From the NCBI GenBank assembly GCA_951406725.2, contig OX597833.1, positions 23,684,001-23,748,000 of the forward strand: a stretch of 64,000 bases of DNA, given 5' to 3'. A program made the translations under genes and the position numbers. Within the stretch, counting starts at the first letter, position 1. Each line of letters begins with the position of its first letter. The stretch comes from Octopus vulgaris. Its lineage: Eukaryota. Shown piece by piece: positions 58,693 through 64,000 of this stretch. The notes below the pieces were generated by a model. That model saw only the letters and a program-made list of their open reading frames with translations, had not been told where the DNA came from and did not search any database.

Positions 58693-58960
58693 TGACTCCC
58701 ATATATTGCATTAATATTCTTGCACTTTCTGTTGCATTGTTGCAAAATATGCCGAATATGCTCCTTTGTCACTTCCATTATAGCTTTGGAAAAATAACTG
58801 TTTAAATCAAACTGCACTCTTCAAAACTTGCACTAAGAATAAGTAGAAGTTAAAATCACTACCTGCTTTTATAGTAAGTTGAAGCAAGTAGTTTATCCCA
58901 TCCCTCTTCCGACTTTTAGTTCATGCAATTGAAAGATCCCACATTTATGGGACGACCCAG
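58693..58960 (-). mobile_element. Mariner 5' fragment
   Basis: MEVTKEHIRHIL...INAIYG N-terminus and TIR-like ctgggtcgtcccataaat. Confidence 0.55.
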
Positions 58961-59145
58961 TGTGTGTGTGTGTGTGTGAGTGATGATTGCCTCATCTTGT
59001 CAGATGGTAGCTGCCTCCTATTCAGGCTTACTGTTTTGATGTACTTTCATCCATGCATGGATATGACTTCAAACATCACCATTGAACTTTAAAAAATACA
59101 AAATGGATCAAGAAAGAAAATTATTTGACATGCCATTAGATTTAA

Positions 59146-59367
59146 CCCTTTAGCATTTAAACCGGCCATATCCGGCCAAAAGTATTCTGCTTGTTTTATG
59201 TTCAAACTGGCCAGATCTGGTCTCTTGCACCAACCCTACAATATCATTTAAAAAAATTAACAGCTACCTCATCAAAATCTCATAGCTACAAGATAATGCC
59301 TGATTAGTTCAAAACAATGTGGATAAAAAAGGATTAATTTTGGCAGAATAATGCAAACAATAAAGGG
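59146..59367. mobile_element. piggyBac-type MITE
   Basis: TTAA-cccttta ... taaaggg-TTAA, with TSDs at 59142-59145 and 59368-59371. Confidence 0.8.
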
Positions 59368-59821
59368 TTAAATGACAAAAAAGCTTGTGCAACACTTTTG
59401 CCATTCTTTTGGTTGCCAAAGTAGATTCCAGCACCAACCATTGCAAAGTGACTGTTACTATTTTCACTACAAATTTTGTCTCAGAGTATCTTTCTCATTG
59501 GCTGCCTTCCTTTCCCATGGCTTTGTCAAAAATAGTCGGAGCTTCCTCTATCCCCAGGAAATCTATTTAACCCTGAGATGGGAACCAAATAGGTACCACC
59601 CATTCCTGGTCAGAATAGAATGGGAACAATGGTAATTAATGGGACGACTCCTTACTCTCCACAACCCCGGAACTCTCAAACTGGAGCCTCATCACCGACA
59701 TCACAGGACATTATAAATATGAAGGCACGTGGCTTGGTGGTTAAGCATGTTGTAGTCACGGTCTTACTATCGTGGTTTTGCTTCCTGGACCGGAAGGTGT
59801 GAAGCTTTCATTTCTTTTGTA

Positions 59822-59983
59822 GGCGCAGGAGTGGCTGTGTGGTAAGTAGTTTGCTTACCAATCAAATGGTTCCGGGTTCAGTCCCACTGTGTGGCACCTT
59901 GAGCAAGTGTCTTCTACTGTAGCCTCGGGCCAACCAAAGTCTTATGAGTGGATTTGGTAGATGGAAACTGAAAGAAGCCCATC

Positions 59984-60014
<31 letters not shown>

Positions 60015-60240
60015 CTCACACACACTGTGTGTATGTGTTTGTACCCCCAACATCGCTTGACAACCGATGTTGGTGTGTTTACGTCCCCATAACTTAGCAG
60101 TTTGGCAAAAGAGACCAATAGAATAAGTACTAGGTTTACAAAGAATAAGTCCTGGGGTCGATTTGCTCAACTAAAGGCGGTGCTCCAGCATGGCCGCAGT
60201 CAAATGACTGAAGCAAGTAAAAGAATAAAAGAAAATAAAA
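59822..60240 (+). mobile_element. Full-length CORE-type SINE with CR1-like tail
   Basis: ggcgcaggagtggctgtgtggtaag (A box), gggttcagtccc (B box), ccttgagcaagtg, ggcggtgctccagcatggccgc..actgaagc and an (AAAAG) tail. Confidence 0.85.
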
Positions 60241-61078
60241 GTATATACAGTTTTCACATCCATGCAGTAGTTGCAAATAGGTGGCGCTGTCATGCAAGCA
60301 GTGTGGTTTCCGATCTTATCTGGAAACGTGTCTGGCTACAGAGGAATAGTACCAGGCTTGGAAGTGGGAGAGGGTTGGTGACAGGAAGTGTGTATGTTTC
60401 TTTGTCTTGACATCACAAATTGATAGAATGAGGGTCTTTCTATCCCCTGTTCTATCATCAACTCCCTTGAGTCCCCTCCACTCTCTTCTCTTCATTAATG
60501 ACTTTCTTCTCTTAATTAATCACAGCCAACAACAACACCTCTCACACAGCTAACACTTCCTTTCATTCTTCCCTAGTTAAACATTATCCATTCATAACTT
60601 TGGCACCACCACACACCAAAACCTGCTCTCATTCCATGAGCTGTAACCTCAAAAGGATCCAAATAGGTCTTTGAGAATCTGAACAAACAAAGGATTCTTT
60701 TGTCAGGATTCTCAGACGAAAGAATTAAGATTGGATAAAATATTGAGCAGTATTTAATCACTAAGTTCTTTGTTTTGAGTTGAAATCCTGCCATGGCCTG
60801 TATGGGTGGTAGACTTCATTCCTTGCTTGGTTTATCGCTGCTGCCATCACCTTGGTACCTTGGGTGCTCTTTATTGTAAGAATTCACTCTCTTGTAAGTC
60901 AGATTTTGGTCAAGTCTTTGGTTTGAGGATATCTTCTTACTCCCTCTCCCACTTTCTACCCCCTTCTCTCCTGTCACTTTCCCTCTCTCTATCCATTCTT
61001 CCCCTTTCTCCAGTCTTGGAGGCCCCTACAAAGGGATGTGGGCATTGCCTTCCCTGCTGACTAAAATATATATATATA

Positions 61079-61440
61079 CTAGCACTATTACCTGGCAACG
61101 CTGGGTCATAGTGCTAGTGCCTGCATATACAGCTGTGTGCGTGCACACATACACTCGAGTACTGTCCAAATCTCCGACCAATCACATACAGCTATCTGGC
61201 ATTCAATTGGTGTATCAAGTTTCGTTCATTTTGATTGGGTTTTGGATAGAAAATTCACAAAAAAGTAATTTCTATTGATTTTTTTTAATGGTTTTGCGGG
61301 GTGACTGGGGAAATGTAAAGATGTGCATGACCACCCTTGGACGGTTTTGAATGACCATAGAAAGTGCGAGCCCTCTAACTGAAAAATTGTGGATTTGTAT
61401 AAAGGACATGCACAGACAGACATTTTGCCGTTTATATAGA
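61079..61440 (-). mobile_element. Non-autonomous Helitron
   Basis: The minus-strand 3' end is acccagcgttgccaggt (hairpin) plus CTAG at 61079-61082. The 5' end tctctatataaacggc is near 61440. Confidence 0.65.
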
Positions 61441-61442
61441 GA

Positions 61443-62285
61443 CTAGCAGAATTGCCCGGCATTGCTCGGGGCTGAATTGCTTGAAAGTACTGTTAATGAA
61501 TGCACTGAATTATGATGATTATTCAGGCAAATATTGATATAAGATTACGGTGGGAGATAAGGACTTAACGATCAAACGTGTGCCATTGCATTGTTTTGGG
61601 GGAACCAAATTTCTGATGAGCATTATAGGGGCACCAACTTTAAGTTTGAGAATGTGTGGTGGTAGTCCAGGGTGCTCAAAGGAATTGAGTATCTCTATTG
61701 GATAGTTGATGACGTCCTCTGGGTCAGGAGTTGTATCGATAGACTGATATACATAGACTTCCCCAGGAATGAGTTTTAGCATTTCATCATTAATATGGTG
61801 AACAGTTTTATTCCTCGGGGCCAGTATAGCCTTTTTGCCAATCCAATCCATATTCTGATAATTAGCTTGTAGATCTGGGAACACTGCATCTCTGAGATCA
61901 GAAGGCGTCTTAACAATGGTACAAATGGAATCGATGGCAATATTACCATTTTCATCCCCTGGTATTTTGCCTTCGCCAAGTGCAAGGAGGGTGTGAGGAA
62001 ATGCTACTGATGTGATATTACGTCGCATATGAGCACGCATATTGGTGTGAAGTTTGAGAGTTACTTCCCTTTATTTTAAAAAAATATGCATTCAAATGGA
62101 AAAAAATGATGGTAAATTATTTGTAAAATCGTAGACTCATTGTAGATGCACGCTAATACCCAGAAGGGCTCGATATGAATCACGACTATAAGATACCCGG
62201 TTTTGGTTAAACTGCATCGCAAAATGTGGGAGTAGTTAGGAATCTAAATCGGAGTAGACAGACACAACCTTTCTTTTATATATAA
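61443..62285 (-). mobile_element. Helitron carrying a PIF1-family helicase fragment
   Basis: ORF 61519-62040 reads AILAPRN..YPIEILNS..GLPPHILKLKVGAPIMLIRNL..CNGTRLIV. The 3' end is cccgagcaatgccggg (hairpin) plus CTAG at 61443-61446. Confidence 0.88.
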
Positions 62286-62286
62286 A

Positions 62287-62978
62287 TATTTTCGTCCTAA
62301 AAAACTTTGTATGGATTGAATGGTTACCTCTATCGAAATATATACACGAACATTATACATACATGTGTGTATAGATGAATATATAAATGCATTTAAATAT
62401 CTATATACACTTTTGGGCGATCTTTCTGTTTCTTAGAGATAACTTTAGATCTTATTTTCGTCCTAAAAAACTTTGTATGGAGTGAATGGTTACCTCTATG
62501 GAAATATATACACACACGTTATACATACATGTGTGCATAGATGAATATATAAATACATTTATATATCTATATACACTTTTGGGCGATCTTTCTGCTACTT
62601 AGAGATAACTTTAGATCTTATTTTCGTCCTAAAGAACTTTGTGCAGAGTGAATGGTTACGTCTATGGAAATATATACACACACATTATACATGCATCTGT
62701 GTATAGATAAATATATAAATACATTTAAATATCTATATACACTTTTGGGCGATCTTTCTGCTACTTGGATATACTTTAGATCTTATATTCGTCCTAAATA
62801 ACTTTGTATGGAGTGAATGGTTACCTCTATGGAAATATATACACACACATTATACATACATCTGTGTATAGATGTATATATAAATACATTTAAATATCTA
62901 TATACACTTTTGGGCGATCTTTCTGCTACTTGGATATACTTTAGATCTTATATTCGTCTTAAAAAACTTTGTATGAAT
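62287..62978. repeat. About 165-bp tandem repeat (about 4 copies) in a Helitron-like context
   Basis: Repeated ttttcgtcctaaaaaactttgtatggagtgaatggttacctctatggaaatatatacac...ctttagatctta. A Helitron-like 5' end tctcttattataaaag lies on the minus strand near 63970. Confidence 0.85.
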
Positions 62979-63232
62979 TGAAAAAGAAAATGAATTGAAA
63001 TTTTTAAGAAAGGAATTTGTTTACATACATGTGTGAATTGGCAAATGTTTGTGCAGTTGTCCGAAATGGAACCAGGGTAAGTGGAACTGATGTATTATAA
63101 TGAATAGTCCTTCTTGTTGTGAATATTAATTTGATTAATATGAACTGAAAATCAGTGGTGTAGCATATAAGACCATAGGTGATCTTCTAGCAAAAAGGAT
63201 GACCAGTCTGACTGGCTCATCCCTGTCACACA

Positions 63233-63272
<40 letters not shown>

Positions 63273-64000
63273 AGCTTACAATTTTATTTATATATTTGCG
63301 TGTCTATGTGTGTAAAGAGGAAGTGGGAGTAATATGCAGAGTAAAGGCTTTGAAGTGAAAGAGTGAAAAGGTAAAATATTTAGTTTTTTCGAATTTTTTC
63401 TGAAATGGGGGTGAAATTGAAAGAAATTTTGTATGCCTTGACCGAATGGAAGTACTTTGAAAAATCATAGGTAAACTCTAATTGAAGAAATTGTGTGAGG
63501 AGTAAATCGTTATGTATTTATTTGTTTCTGTTTGCTGTGTTTTTTTTTGAGTAGTGGTTTAAGGTACACTTGCAAAGAGAAAGAAGGAGAAATTATGGTG
63601 ATAGCATGAGTGAAGCAGTTCATCCGTTTTATATAAATACTTTCACTTTAATCGTTGCACACTTGCAAAGAGAAAGGAGGAGAAATTAGGGTGATAGCAT
63701 GAGTGAAGCAGTTCGCTCCATTTTTGTGTGTGTGTGTGTGTGTGTGTGCTGTAGCCCACACTAAGAAAAGCACTTCACTTACACACCACAATGTGAGTTT
63801 TCTCGAAATTTTGCTTAATTGGGGTTGAAATTTTAAAAACTGGACCTGGCACGACCCGATGCATTCTACTCTTAAAAATGCTAGGTAAATTGTAATTGAA
63901 GAAATCCTATATTGTAGATTTCTTTAAGAGACAAAGGGAGGCAGATAGAATCTGCCTTTTATAATAAGAGATATAAAGAAAAAGAAAAAAATTAACCTGT

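Noticed and set aside
61519-62040. Host PIF1 helicase gene
   Set aside because: It is an intronless fragment bounded by Helitron termini.

Overview
This is repeat-dense, AT-rich animal DNA. The SINE/LINE families and the abundant (AT)n/(AC)n/(GAT)n microsatellites look like a cephalopod, probably Octopus (inferred, not proven). Most of the window is transposon-derived: CR1-group LINEs with an N-terminal CCCH zinc finger, RTE-clade LINEs with a PHD finger inserted inside the RT region, a nested BovB-like RTE fragment, several tRNA-derived SINE families, mariner and piggyBac relics, MITEs, Helitron pieces, Penelope-like remnants with hammerhead-like cores and a 98-bp satellite. The one clear host coding exon is a divergent DM-domain (Dmrt/doublesex-mab-3 family) exon at 53863-54178 (+). 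It lies head-to-head with a candidate minus-strand gene (CpG-containing promoter-like region near 51 kb and a signal-peptide-like exon at 50110-50206). The region about 4.9-21 kb, next to a 100-N gap, shows signs of assembly or polishing artefacts. Repeat boundaries are approximate unless TSDs or TIRs are quoted.
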